A stretch of 64,000 bases of DNA, from the NCBI GenBank assembly GCA_964016885.1, contig OZ024741.1:145018001-145082000 (forward strand). Reading direction: 5' to 3'. Each line of letters opens with the position of its first letter. Positions within the stretch are counted from its first letter, which is position 1. Origin of the DNA: Eledone cirrhosa (Eukaryota). This document shows positions 47,741 to 61,954 of the stretch, piece by piece. Below the pieces are notes generated by a model. That model worked only from the letters and a program-made list of their open reading frames with translations. It had not been told where the DNA came from and searched no databases. The position numbers and the translations under genes were made by a program.

Positions 47741-50700
47741 CAAGACGGCAGTAACTACGGCGGAGTAAGTTAGTTGAATTTTTATGAGTTATCAAAAGTT
47801 CTAATACTATTTTTTTACATCGGTGTGTAGTTAAAGAACCCCTCTGTCAAAGGAGGTAGTTTTTTTAACTGTATCTCGCGCCCTTGAGTGCAAAATTTGC
47901 TTTTATTTACAATCATAACCCCAAAATTTTATTTTTAAAAAACATGGCGGATAAAGAAAATTGTCCACAGGGAGTTCCACCCAATCACAAGGCAAAGTAA
48001 AAAAACAAGAGAAACAGCAGCGACAGTGACAGTGGTAGTGACAACAGCAGCAGCCACTGGAACTGTTGTAGCAGTAATGAAAATTATAACGAAAAATTTC
48101 CTGCGTTACAGAAATCAAATACCACTGCCACCCCAATAACAACAATAACAACAGCAACAGCCACAAAGAACCCAAAGAACAACAACTATAACAGCAGCAA
48201 CACAGAGGAAAAAGAAACAAACAAAAACACCAACGACGGCAACAAAGACAAAACTAGTGACGAATCAACACAAATCAAAACAAACACGTCTTTCGCTAAA
48301 GCAACAAAAAATTTTGAACAAGTACACATCACTAACGAAGAGATAAAACAAGCAAATGTCTTAGTTAAAAAGACCGGACACAGGATAAGTCTCACCCGCC
48401 CAGCTGAGATAAAAAGAAACAAGCGTTTGTGTTCGGTCAGTTATCGCACGATAGGATCCAAATCGCGGCGAGTTGAACGAGCAACGGGGTCACAGGTCCA
48501 AAGAGCTATGGGCACCGTCTGGGCACAGAAAACATATATAGCCTGGGGATTGAGATATGGCACTGTGGATGTGCTCTTCCCTACACCAGAAGAAGCCAGA
48601 GCACACTCCATTGCACCACTCTGTAGTGACAAAATCATAATGATGCCCCCATACTGCGACCAGAGAGTCGTGAGGGTTAGAGTAGGCCAGGTTTCGCCCT
48701 CAGTGGAGAACTATTCCAACAAAAAAAGGAAGAACTCCCTACGCTCATCCTCCCCTCAAAAAAGAAGAAGAAAGAACCCTAAAAAAAAAGAAAATGAAAA
48801 CTACCCCACCTCCTCCACCACCATCAACATCCACACCCCCACAACCACCTACACCATCACCACCACCACCACCAATACCACCGCCACCAGCACCCCCACT
48901 TACCGCGCCACCACCACCACCGCCATCATCCTTAACATCTACCCCATCATCACCTCCAACAACATGACAGCAAACACAGAAAGCACCAACACCCCAACAG
49001 CAGACACAATACACAGCCATAGACACAGACAACACAAAGCTTTTAAATTACATTCAACACCACACCAACATCACAGAAACAAACTACGTAGAAACCACCA
49101 AAATTGCACCCCACACATAAAAATAATAGAAATTACACCAAAAAAATGACATAACATTAAAAAAAATGTTCCCCACATCAATTGGAGACTACCGGGGGAA
49201 CATTACCAAAAGAATATTCACGGATATTCTCGTGGAGGTGCCCACCAATGGTCGGAGGGATGGATCACCCACCCCCTTCCTAAAAAAGAGCCATAGGTAA
49301 ATTTTTTTTTACTTTTCCCCTCTCACTTGTTTTCCTCCTATCCTAGCCAGCATGGCTTCTCTCAGAATAGGTAGCATACATGCACATGGCCTGGGGTCAT
49401 CTTGGAAGCAGGGCCACTTGCTGAACGATCTCAGGTCGCTAAACATAGATGTGGTGGCCATCAGCGAGACCAGAATCACCGAGGCACAGGCATTCGCACC
49501 CATTTTCGGCGGCTACGACGTGTACACATCTCCAAGCCGTCCCGGATCGGGGGGGGGGGGAGTGGCCGTGTTGTTCCGGAGTAGTCTGGATCTTGAGATA
49601 CGGGCCGTCTTCATGGACCCAGAGGGTAAGTTGGTGGTACTGGATGTGACCAGCGGAGAAAGACAAGCTTTCAGGCTAGTGGGCTATGCCCCAACAGGAG
49701 CAGGACAGCCTGAATTCTTCCGGCGTCTGGAGACCTTTTTTGGAACATCCCGCACTCTAGTGTTAGTGGGCAACTGGAACGGGATCTTAGTGGGATTAGC
49801 GGATAGGGGAGGAGGGTGTAAAAGCCTCACAAACCTACTCAGGCGTTTTCAACTGTCGGACAGGTACCGATTGGATTTCCCGAATGTGCTAATGTGGACT
49901 TGGACAAACTGCATCCGGTCATCCAGATCATATCTAGATAGAGTATTTTGTAGGGAAATAGATAGGTCTAGCATAGGCTGTCCACAATTCAAGATAGTCA
50001 GCTACACAGACCACAAATTCTTGATCTGCGTGGTTGACTTAGATAGGCTTCATAGACGGACCCGGCTACTGGAAGCTAAACGCGTCGTTAACAGCGTGCA
50101 AAGCTTACAGAGACCGGATTAGCGAATTAGTTAAGTGGGCGTTGACAGGGGCCATCGTCAACAACAAATGGTGATTTGCCCTGAAAGACTCTATACGTAC
50201 AACAAGGATGGAACCGTTCAACATCATGCGCTCGATCCACCAGAGATGACCTCTCTTGTCCTTGTTGTACGTATTGACTCTTGAGCCATTACTGCACAAA
50301 CTGGAGACATTGAGGGGGATCACACGTGAACTAGGATGCAGAAGAATAGTGTCAGCTTATGCAGACGACATCACCGTAGGGGTGTCGAACACCAAACACA
50401 TCGAGGCAATCGGCACCACACTAAGAGAATACAAGGTAGTGACAGGAGCAATGATCAACCAGGAAAAATCAGTAGGCCTGTAACTCGCCACCTGGAGAGG
50501 CAGGTCCATGCCGTCCAACAACGTCATCAGGCGCTGGATGGACGGACCGGTTAAATTACTAGGGGTCTGGTTCGGTCCGGACCTCCAGAGGAAGGTGTTT
50601 TCTTTCACCCAGAAATGGGCCGAGAGGAAGCTATCCCTGAAAGGTTGAGCGGAGGTGGCGAATGCGTACATCGCGTCTGTCATCTACTACCACCTGACCT

Positions 50701-52040
50701 TCGTGCCTTGTCCTAAGCCTCGCCTGACTGCACTGGAGCGTTTGCTCTTTCGTTTTTTGTGGAAGGGACGTGCTCCAATGGTCAGGCGGACCATCTGCTG
50801 TCAACACCCGCTATGCGGATGGCTGGGCATGTCATGGCTGATGATGCGCAGACATGAACTCAGGGTATAGCATCTCCACATCTTCCTTGACGGTGATCAG
50901 GTGTGGTTGCCCTTTGCTAGACACATGTTTTCCCAGCTTGTCTCCTTGGCGGAGCTGCAGTCCTGGGTCAAGCGAAGACCGAGAGGAAGCGCTTGGAGAC
51001 TAGAAGGTATTCAGGCGCTTACAGCCCTTGGCCAGTCGAGCAATGCAATCGCTGGAAACTCCACCTTGGCTTTCTATAGAGGATTAGTGGAAGGAAAGAG
51101 CAACAACGTCCTTGGGGAGACTCTAGTCGTTGACGAAAACCAACTAGCCAATATCTTCGGGAGAACTTCCGGGCCGGGGCCCATGGACAACTTCCAGAAA
51201 TCCCTGGCCTGGCAGTGCTACCGAGGAGCCTTGCCAGTTCGGGATAGACTCTACAGGCATGGAAGTGCCGTCAGCCGAGCCTGTCCAAGATGCGCACAGG
51301 GCGATGAAACCGTCCTGCACGCACTCATCCAGTGTCCGAGCATTGCTGATTTGATTTGTGGGTTTATGCCGAACACCTGCTGTCACATGTAGAATGGATC
51401 CGGCTATCAGCTGAGTCCATCTTGAAGATTGCCCCACCGCCTTCCTTTAGCCGAGAAGGGCAGGCAGTTTTTATCTGCCTGGTGGCCATGGTAAAAGAGA
51501 TTATATGGTGGACACGTCTGAAAGGGTTGAGGACCGGTACTTTCCTCTTCGGTGACGCCCTCATTAACTTTTTCAGGTTTCATCTAAAGAGGAAAATCAG
51601 GGTGGAGAGGGAAGTGCTGACCTCCAGCCAGTTTGTTGAAAGGTGGGTGAGAGAGGCAAGAATGGCCCGTGGGAATGGGTCTACCCTGAGCGTGTGTCTG
51701 TAGCATTGTAGGAGGAAAACTGGAAGAGGGCATTTGCCCTAGCGGTCAGTGTAACCGTGGCTTTTTTTGTGGGCTTTCTCCACGAGCAACCCTCAGAGGT
51801 CTCCCCCATGCTGGGAATTTTTCATTGTTTCCTTTTGTCACACTCTGTTTTTGTTTTGTTTTTTACACGCAGAAATGCCCATTTGTACCGTCCTGTGTTG
51901 TCCTTAATGTTATACTTTGTGTCAACCCTTGTGGTTAATAAAGAAAGCATTAATGCCCATTTGTACCGTCCTGTATTGTCCTGTGCTGTCCTTAATGTCT
52001 ACTTTATGTAAACCCTTGTGGTTAATAAAGAAAGCATTAT
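47741..52040 (+). mobile_element. Tx1/L1-clade LINE, decayed, with internal RT deletion
   Basis: ORF1-like region at 47950-49150; APE at 49352-50122 (ISETR, SYLDRV, TDH); RT remnant (LTLEPLL, SAYADDIT); CPRC...ETVLHALIQC; AATAAA end. The 5' limit is approximate. Confidence 0.85.
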
Positions 52041-52105
52041 TATTATTATTATTATTATTATTATAATAAAGGGTTGATTGAATTTACTTTCGCCCTCATT
52101 ATTAT

Positions 52106-52290
52106 GTGGATTGGCAGTATCGGTAGAGGGTCGGATGCCATGCTTTGGAAGCATAGAGTTACGGCTCTTGCCATTCTGAGTTCAAATCCCGTCGAAGTTA
52201 ACTTTGTCTTTCCTCCTTACGGTGTCGATAAAATAAAGTACCAGTAATGCACTGGTAATTTGCTGGCCTTGTGCCAAAAGTAGAAATAAT
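52106..52290 (+). mobile_element. tRNA-derived SINE
   Basis: Family match. Confidence 0.88.
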
Positions 52291-52723
52291 TATTATTATA
52301 ATTGCAATTTGTCAATGTAGTACTCAAAAATGAATACTGGATTTATTGTCAAATTTCAAATGTTCTTAGCACTTTTGTCATTTTTATTAACATCTGTACC
52401 GTTGCACGTCCCAGTTTTCTGGATAATTCTGTGAGTTGATATGTGTAGTTAAAGGGGAATTGAAGTGAATTTAGAAATCCTAGGAATTATTGCTATAAAT
52501 CATCAGCAAGAAATAAATTTTCTTTTAACCTAAGTTATAATATATATTATATCTCACCAACTGAACTGTATAGAAGTGAAATACTTAATTGGATAACAAC
52601 AGTTGGAATGTCTTGAGTTGGAATACACTGAAGGCATTTTATCATCATTTTTTTAATTCTGTATGCGTATATGCATATATATATATATATACTTGAAAAT
52701 ATATAGACACATATATATATATA

Positions 52724-52783
<60 letters not shown>

Positions 52784-52838
52784 CATATTATACAAAATAT
52801 TAACAAATGAAGGATATTCACATAATCAAAATATATGC

Positions 52839-52898
52839 TTTATTATATATATTTCAAAGGTACTGTGTTGTTTTTTCAGTATGTCTTCATCAGATAAA
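52839..52898 (-). ncRNA. Minimal type I hammerhead ribozyme inside a 34-bp inverted repeat
   Basis: TTTAT-CTGATGA-AGACATACTG...CAGTACCTTT-GAAA-TATATA-TA-ATAAA; arms at 52785-52818 and 52910-52943. Confidence 0.75.
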
Positions 52899-53289
52899 AT
52901 ATATGATTAAATATCCTTCATTTGTTAATATTTTGTATAATATTAAAAACTCCAGGAAAACTTAACTGTTGAGTGCTTTTAATCTATTGTAAAATTGTAT
53001 TCATTGAATAATCAACGAACCATATTGATCTTTGGTTATATATACATACACACATATATATATATACACACATACACATATATATGTATGTATCTCTCTC
53101 TCTCTCTATATATATATATATACACATGTATATATATATATATATATATAATACGTATATGTATATATGTGTGTGTGTGTGAAGGCAACACGTCTAGGAA
53201 ATCAATGGCTCTGATTAAAAATGACTGCACAAGATGTGGGCTAGCCATGTTAGTTCTGTGTATGGTAGTGGGGTGGCTAGAGTAGCCAT

Positions 53290-53730
53290 GTGCGAGAACC
53301 CCCTCGACCACCATCAAGCAATCACACACCCTTTTTTTCTTCCAGGTTCATATACCTGCCACTCTCAATGTTGTCACCTTGAAAGATAAATTAGATGAAA
53401 TTGTGGAACTGTTAGAGAAGAGAGAAGTGGATGTATGCAGCGTACAAGAGGTGAGATGGAAGGGTGTCTTAGTGAGAAGATTCACAGGCAAACAACATTA
53501 ATATAAACTTTACTTGGGTGGAAAATGATGATGGGGTTGGTGGTGTAGGTATTAAACTAGCAGAGACATGGATAGATAAGGTGATAGAAGTAGTTAGAGT
53601 AAGTGATGGAATTATCAAGCTTAGAATAGCTGTAAGAAATAGCATGATGACAATTACATCTACCTATGCACCACAGGCAGGACTGAGCAATGAACTATAG
53701 AACCAGTTCTATGAGGAACGTTTACAGACA
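53290..53730 (+). mobile_element. Old RTE APE N-terminal fragment
   Basis: TLNVVTLK...VDVCSVQEVRW...GVGGVGI...YAPQAGL. Confidence 0.8.
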
Positions 53731-53831
53731 AATACTCAATACTAGACTGTAAACATCACGTTGATTTCTTTTAAAAGAAAAGGTTCTAGTCTTGTAGAAG
53801 CCATATATATATTAAACTTGATATATATATA

Positions 53832-54935
53832 TACAAGGTTTGTCCCAAAAGTAAGGGTATTAATGTTTCATTTAAATGTATATTTAATGTATGACATTAC
53901 AAAATATCTCCTTAAAAAAACGACCCTTTGTTAGTCACACAGTAGTTCCATCTTTTTTGACAATGATCGTAGCAGTACTGTGAATGCCCTTAGCCTATCA
54001 GTTACATTTTTTTGTATATTTTCCACAGTCCCAAAACGATGAGCCTTCAACTTCAATTTCCATTTAGCAAAGTGGTACAAATAAAACGGACCGAGATCTG
54101 GGCTGTAGAGAGAATGTAGAAGAGTGGGAAAGTTTTTCCTCAGCAAAAATTCTCTAATTGAAAGAGGTATGTGAGCAGGCATGTTAAAATGATGCAGTAC
54201 CCAATCTTTGTGGAAGGTGCAGTTAACTGTCTGTCCTGGAGGTAAAATTCTTTGTGAAAAATACCACAGCTGTTGAAAAAAATGATAATCATCATTTTCA
54301 TCTTGGATCTGTTCATGCATGCTTTCTTCAAACAAGGATAATTTTTCCTGACTTTGCCGTTCTGTCTTTGGCTCATATTCAAACACCTATGATTCATGTC
54401 TTGTTATTTCTTTATCCAAGAAATTTGACTCAATTTCGAGTCTTTCTAGCAAATTCTCATAAATTTACAGTGTTTGGGAACTAGTTTTGCACAAATTTTT
54501 CGCATATACAAATGGTCTGTTAAAATTCTGTGAACTGCATTTTTATCGAAGCCCATTTCTTTTGAAATCATCCTAACACTTACTCAGTGATCTTTAACCA
54601 TCACCATCCACACCACTTCCACATTTTGTTCATTTGTTGATAAGATTGGTCTACTAGGATGAGGTTCATCTTCAAAATTTTCTTAGCCTTTTTGAAAGAT
54701 TTGTGCCAGTTAAAAACCTTACTCCTCAATAGAGTAGCAACTCCATAAGCTTGTGTTAAGGAATTAAATGTTTCGGTGGCAGATTTGTTGAGTTTCACAC
54801 AAAATTTTATTGTGTACCACTGTTCAATATTTTCCTGCATCACAAACATTACAGAGGTTATAAATATGTCTGTACATACACAGCAATAAGTCAAGACTGA
54901 CTCAATTAATCATGTTGAAACAATTATGTACGTGC
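53832..54935 (-). mobile_element. Mariner transposon remnant
   Basis: IKFCVKLNKSATET HTH, YSPDLGP motif, and TIR-like TACAAGGTTTGTCCCAAAAGT next to TA. The other TIR was not found. Confidence 0.85.
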
Positions 54936-54937
54936 AG

Positions 54938-55102
54938 CTAAACCTGTTAGAAACAGCAGCTAACTCTCCCCCATATCACACCACTCCCTACTGTCTTAAA
55001 TTTAGAAAACATATCCTCTATGAGGTCACTAAACCTGCTAGAAACAGCAGCTAACTCTCCCCCATATCACACCCCTCCCTACTGTCTTAAATTTAGAAAA
55101 CA
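54938..55102 (+). repeat. ~73-bp direct duplication
   Basis: CTAAACCTG.TAGAAACAGCAGCTAACTCTCCCC...TTTAGAAAACA at 54938 and 55029. Confidence 0.85.
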
Positions 55103-55384
55103 CACATTAGACAACCATGTAGAACAACTCCATCGCAGCTCTGTTGTTCGGCTGGCATCGTCTACGCGCATGTTGCGCAAGTACTGTGAAACAATAAATT
55201 TCAACACTTCTTTGCACAGAGATAATATCCATAGGCGAAACTACAATTGTCACTGCTGGCGCAGCTCCTGCTTCGGCAGTCCAAGTCTGTAATTCATTCA
55301 CCCAGTGCCTGGTAGACAAAAAAGTGCTGCCATAAAATGGGTGGTGCAACCTAACTTCGGTAACTTACTGACCCCGAGCAACAT

Positions 55385-56450
55385 TGTCATTGTTTTAACA
55401 TTTGCTTTCCTTGCTAGCAAGGGTTGAATGAGTCTACAGAGACCAAGGCTGTACTGAAGCACGGCTTCTGATCTCCTAGACAGGCCAGTGATCTGCAACT
55501 CATATGTAGAGTCTCCTGTTCTACCAAGTGCTTGGGAGAGCTTCTCATGTCCTTGACACAACTGAAGTGTCCTCCCAACCTTTTGTTTGGTAAGTTTTCT
55601 ATGGCTGGATGCCCTTCCTATCACCAACAACCTTACAGCATGTATTGGGTGCATTTATTGTGTAGATCACCGACACTACAGAGGTTGGTATACCATGGCA
55701 TGACTGAAGAGTTCTCTCAACCCCCTCCATTTTTTATTCTTTTTCTCTCTCATGGAACACTCAGTGCTAGAAACCAGAAGGGTAATGATGGGGAAAATAG
55801 TGAAGGAATGATAGTGGAGGAGTCATGGGTGGAGTGCAGGGAGTAGCTACTAGGGTGCGATAGTGAGGTCATCTAAGGGTTTTAGGGAGGAAGAAAGGCA
55901 GCAGCTAAGGGATGAACACAGGAGGGAGCATGGTTGGATAGTGGCTAATAGTACAATAGTGAGGGAGTCTAGAGTCTAGAGGCTTTTGAGGGGGCAATAG
56001 CTAAGGATGAGTGCGGGGGGGGGGGGGGGGCATGGGTGTATATGGTGGGGTTTGGGTGAGGTGATGTAATGAATAGCTGTTAGTGAGTGTTCATGGAAGG
56101 AGTAGGGCACAAGGATGAGTCAGGCTACACTGTATGCTGTTTGCTGAGTCTTCTTCAGCACAGCACAGCATCAGCCCTTGCGGTCCTGAGTCATTTCTGC
56201 TGTGAGGTTTAGTTTTTTAAGGTCTGTCTTTACAATCTCAACCTGTGTTTTCCTGGATCTGCTTCTTCTATGGGTCCAGGAACTGGGATTTCTCTGCATT
56301 TCTTTATGCAGCTGTTATCTTCCATACATATCACATGTCCATACCAATGCAGTCTTTTCTCTAGCACACTATATCTAATTCCTTTTATGCCAAGTTACTC
56401 CCTCACTTTGCTTATACTATGTCACTCAACCACACTAACATTACACACAT
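55385..56450 (-). mobile_element. Old RTE 3' part with long 3' UTR
   Basis: LHWYGHVICMEDNSCIKKC and RSRSRKT; shared AGGAAGGGCATCCAGC 3' motif. Confidence 0.7.
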
Positions 56451-56524
56451 CCTCCACCATATCACTGAAATATAATTCCTACATGTAGACTACAATATAC
56501 TATATACATCTATATATATATATA

Positions 56525-57765
56525 TCATCATCATCATCATCACCGTTTTACGTCCGTTCTTCCACGCTAGCATGGGTTAGACGGGTTGTCCTGTTGTGGG
56601 CAGTGTCTGGTCGGCTGACCATGCCTTGCTCATACAGGAACTGATCTGGCTTGATTTCTACAGCTGGATGCCCTTCCTAACACCAACCTCATTTACAGTG
56701 AGTGCTGGGTGCTTTTTCGTGGCGCCTACACGTCCACTTTACAGTGTGGGCTGGGTGCTTTTTTGCCGTGGCACCTCCACGGCCACCTTGCGGTGGAGGG
56801 GGGGGGGGCATATTGTTTATATGCTTCAGCATGTACCCATGGGAGGTCGGGTACCCTGTATTACTGCGTGACGCCAGAAGTCACGGTCGTGTGTCATTGA
56901 CTTTGAGAGGTGTAGTTGGGTAAGGTCGGCTTTTATCACCTCATCCCAAGTCATCTTGGGTCTCCCCACTCCGCGGTTTCCATCAACTTCTAGTGCTCTG
57001 CACCTTTTTATGCAGCTGTCATCCTTCATACGCATCACATGTCCATACCAGCGTAACCGCCTCTCCTGCACGCAGCATTTGATTCCTCTTATGCTCAGTC
57101 TCTCTCTCAATTCCTTTATGCTTTGTCGTTCACGTATATTACTGTTACACATCCGTCAGAGCATGCAGGCTTCGTTTCTCTCTAATCTACGTAAGTCTTC
57201 CACCTTCAGCGCCCAGGTCTCACTACCATGCAACATCGCTGTTCGGATACACGCATCATACAGTCTGCCTTTCATTCTGAGGGAGAAGCCTTTTGCAGCT
57301 AGCAGTGGTAGTAGTTCCCTAAACTTCTTCCATCCCGTTCTTACCCTAGTTATTGTACTTTCTGAACACCCACCTCCGTTGCTAATTCGGTCACCTAGGT
57401 AGCAGAAGCTGTCTACTGTTTCTACAGGGCCCTCCCAGAGATTGGTGGTACTTGTTTCCTGTGGCTGTTTGCTTGCTGTTTCAGCACAGCTGCTGCATGT
57501 GAATCCTACATTCTTAATTAAGCTTCCTGAGATCCCGCTACATCTCTTGTGTACCCATTGTTTGCATTTGGGGCAGAGAATGGAGTTTCTACCTACACCT
57601 TTCCTACATACTGAGCAAGGCCATTTCCCTGAGGGGATCTGGGTTCTGTTTTCTCGTCTACTTACAAGGACCTTAGTCTTTGTCATGTTGACTTTGAGGC
57701 CCTTTCTCTCTAGTCCCTGCTTCCAGGTTTGGAATTTATTCTCTAGTTCTACCATAGATTCAGCT
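56525..57765 (-). mobile_element. RTE family A, 5'-truncated, one nonsense codon near 57156
   Basis: Near-identical to 37789-39017; PHD intact. Confidence 0.95.
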
Positions 57766-58449
57766 GTGTTGTCCAGTTTAGTTCTACATGGATACAATAT
57801 AATCAGGCAGTGTTATATTTGAATAAAAATAAGAGAACAGGCAGCAGAGGCTGGAGGTATAAAATAATATGATAGAAAGAATGAAGTAGATACAATGGAA
57901 AAGGAATGTTGCTTGCTGTATGTAAGTCTGGTAGTAGACTTGTTCGGACTGTTACTCATGTAACAGTCCAAGAAATGTTCTGCTTGAGCAATAGACTGAA
58001 TGTTTTAAAACAATAAAGAATTATTTATTTTTTTGAAGAAAGTCTGTTGGGAAAGACTGCTGGACATAAGAAGTGGGTGATATAGCAAACACTATAGCAG
58101 CATAATAGAGATGCTAAACACACACAAACAGATGAAAAGGATAAGTATAGAAAGGAAGAAAATGAAAAGACAGATTGATTTCACCAACAGCCATGGTTGG
58201 GTTGTTCAGAAGTTAACTTTGTAATCACATGATTTTAAGCTCAGTTCCTCTGTAGGGAACCTTGGACAAGTGTCTTCTACTATAGCTTAAGTTTAACTTA
58301 TAACTTGTGAGTGAAATATGGTAGACAGCAACTGTGCAGAAGCCCATCATATTTAATTATGCATGCATATGTATATGTGTGCATGTGTGTCTGTGTGTGT
58401 TTTTTTAACTCTTGTAATTATACTCATTATGAGGCTCTTTCATTATAGT

Positions 58450-58618
58450 ATTGGTAGAGGGTCAGACGCCATGCTTTGCAGCAAAGAGTTACGGCCCTTT
58501 ATGGTCTGAGTTCAAATCCCACTGACATTAACTTTGCCTTTCATCCTTACGGGGTCGATAAAATAAAGTACCAGTAATACACTGGGATAATTGCTGGCCT
58601 TGTGCCAAAAGTAGAAAC
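58450..58618 (+). mobile_element. tRNA-derived SINE
   Basis: Family match. Confidence 0.85.
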
Positions 58619-58815
58619 AGATGGTTGGGTCATGTGTTGAGGAAGGAGAAAAATGATTTGGTGGGAGGATTAATGAAAATAAATGTGGAAGGATACAGAC
58701 GAAAAGGAAAACCCCCCAGAAAAAAGACATGCTTAGAGACAATGAAGGAGGAAATGAAAGCCAGGGGTTTGGTTAGGGGAGATGTAGAGAAAGGAGCAAA
58801 ATGGAGAAGCTAGTC
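58619..58815 (+). mobile_element. RTE C-terminal fragment
   Basis: RWLGHVLRKE...VEGYRRKGKP. Confidence 0.65.
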
Positions 58816-61800
58816 ATGTGGCTGTGTTTATGTATGTTTGAGTGAGCCACTGTCAGTCTTTACATTGACTCCACTTAGAAACTCAGTTGCTATTGTTTAT
58901 GCCTTATAACTTAGCAGTTCAAGAAATAGAGATTGATACGTAGCAGACTGTAGAAGTACACTAGTACTTAAAATCAGTACTGGAGTTGATATGATCATCT
59001 TATGGCTTGAAGGTGGTGCTCCAGCATGGCTGCAGCCCAAAGACTGAAACAAGTTAGAGAATAAACGAATAAATGAATTTGAAAAAAAAGTGATGAATAA
59101 TAAAGGAAGAAAAAGAAACTCATATATTTATAGAATGTCTATAGCTTGAAGCATACATATTCACTGTAGTAGTGATACTATAGACTTATATCTTTAATCT
59201 ATAATAGATAGAATTAGTGATGGATAGAAACATAACATATAAGAAATCAATTAAGATATGTTTTATATGTATGTATGAATGCGAGTCCTAACTAACTTGT
59301 AGGAAGCATCTATAGCCATCAACATACACTGTGTATTTTTAAATGTATATAATATCTTGGGTGATTGCCATTTGTAGACATGTAACTTAGTGGTTAAGAT
59401 GTCGGTCTCCTGATCATACGGTTCAATTCCTGAACCAGGTGGTATATTGTATCCTTGAGCAAGAAACTTTATTTCAGGTCACTCTTGATAGAATAAATGA
59501 GTTGCAATGATACTGATGCTAAGCTGAGCATTTGTACTTTTCCTTTTAACAACATTGGTCTCGTGGAGAGAAAAAACTAGCAAGAGTGGGTGGTCTTCCA
59601 CAAAACATCTTGGCCAGGCTTGTGCCTCAGAGAAACAAACCCATGGTTGGTTTGTCATGAATGCAAAATCAATGGCCAGTCATGACTGATGATGGAACAT
59701 TTCTTCTTTTTCCATTTTAGAATTACATGTTATATGAGGTGAGTAAAAGGGTCAGAAAGGGCATCCGGCAATAAAACATTGCCTCAAAAAGGGCCCTATG
59801 ATGAGTATGAAGCCTTTCATGGGGCTAACTGCTGTTTTAGTAGAGAAAAAAAATGATCTTACAATCCTGCATCTATAGTCATTAACAAACCCTACAATAT
59901 GGAAAGAATGGAATGTTAGGAGATACATAGACACCAAGATGATTAAACAAATAAAATTTCATAAAACCATAAAATAAAGAAATACTAAAAAAACGAAAGG
60001 TCAAAGTATTAGATTAGAAACTCACACATTTAATCCTATCCCAACAACATGGTTATTAGTTATTATAACTTGGAATGATGGTGGAAGATCTGTCACAAAA
60101 GCACCACTCACTTTGAGAGTAATTGCACAGTCTAACTGGTCATTTCTCCACCCCAAGGAGGAACAATACACCACCATATATATTATTATAACTCCAACAG
60201 TTCTTGAAGAAGGACATAAACCATAGCAAACAGGATAGGTATTGCTGAAAGGAAAATAATGCTTATATGTGATAACGTGACCTATTTAAATGTTACACTT
60301 AATCTGTCACCTAGTTTAACACTTTTGCTACTATATTTCAAACAAGAAACTGTCTATAATTTTCAAATAATTTTGAAAATAATCCAGAATTTGGAGGGAT
60401 TTAGTAATATATGAGTAACTAACTTTCTCATTACTAAGCTGGTGCTTGGAGAATAGCTTAAAACTTATTACATAGAATTATGATGGAAAGTTTTTAACTA
60501 AGTATAAACATTTCAAAATAAACAGCTTAGTATGGTAAAACTAAGGGTAATTTCAGGTGGTTTCATATCAGAAGTATCAACAGTAATATCTAGCTGCTGG
60601 GTGCCTTTAGTGGAGTCCATTCTGTTGCAGGTATTCAAACCAAGTCTCTAGTTTGCAGATAACTTTCTCCCTCCTACAAATCTCTGAAACGGGTTATGGT
60701 TCCTCGTTACAAAGTGATATAAGAAGGAAAAACCTCTTTTAACAAACAAGTGCAACCCCCAAATAATATTTATTCTGTTTTATTTTCCTAATATATATTT
60801 TAAAAATCATTCTATAGGCTTTGATTTATTTCGAGAGAATATTCAATACCATTTTTGTCTGCAAATAGGAAAATGCTAAAATAGTAATGGTTTTAATGAA
60901 TGGCTGAAGATCATCCTTTTGCACTCTCCCCACCCCCTCTCCCTCTTTACTTTCTTTCTTTCTCCCTCAGGTTCTTTTCTTTCTCTTTCTCATACACTGC
61001 CTGCTTCTATACTTTCCTTCATCTCATAGCATGTCTCTCTTTTCTTCTCTGTCACTATCTGCTGCAATCTGAAATCTCATGGACACACACACACACACAC
61101 ATTAATTCTATTATAATATATAATGGCAATCATTTAAGAAAAACAAAATCCAAAAAAACTCTCATGATTGCTATTGATTATTTAAAACAAAGAATTACCA
61201 TTTATTTCACAATGTTTGTAACTATTCTCTTAGTAATATTGAAATACAATGCTATGATATACAGTAATAGACAAAAGTAACAAAATCTTGCATAATGGTC
61301 ATTTGATTTGGATAATGGTCACTAAAATAAGACTTAGAATCTTATATTTGACATTAGAATAAAGCATTAAGAATGAAAAAAGGAAATTATTTATCAATTA
61401 TGTGTTCCATGAAAAAGATCTATGGAGAATTGAGAGATGATTCCTTATACATATCATGGTAAATATTGTTTGTCTAAATCAATATTCAAAGAGAGGTATT
61501 CTTCTTTTATTGTTTTACTAGTTTCATTCATTAGACTGCAGCCATGCTATGGTACTACCTTAATTTTGGGGTGTGGTGTTGTGGTGGCTTAGCCGATCAA
61601 ATTGACGCCAATATATGCAAAATAGATACACAGAAAAAAAAAACACACACACACAGATAAATTACATATTTATATATATATATATATATATATATTTATT
61701 GAAATAACAGATTAAAGTTTAAGCAAAGAATCGCTGCTTTCACCCTCTCAGATTTTAGTCTTCACATTTATTATTATTACTAACATTATTATTATTATTA

Positions 61801-61954
61801 TATATATATATAACATTACTTAACAAATGTTTCATAAATGAAACTATAAACTACGTATGAACATTAAAAAAATATGACCAGTTGCATTTAAAAAAACTAG
61901 GGTGGTTTCAAGCGAGTTAGTATCAAAAGGGTAAAAGTTGATTAAATAACCCAA

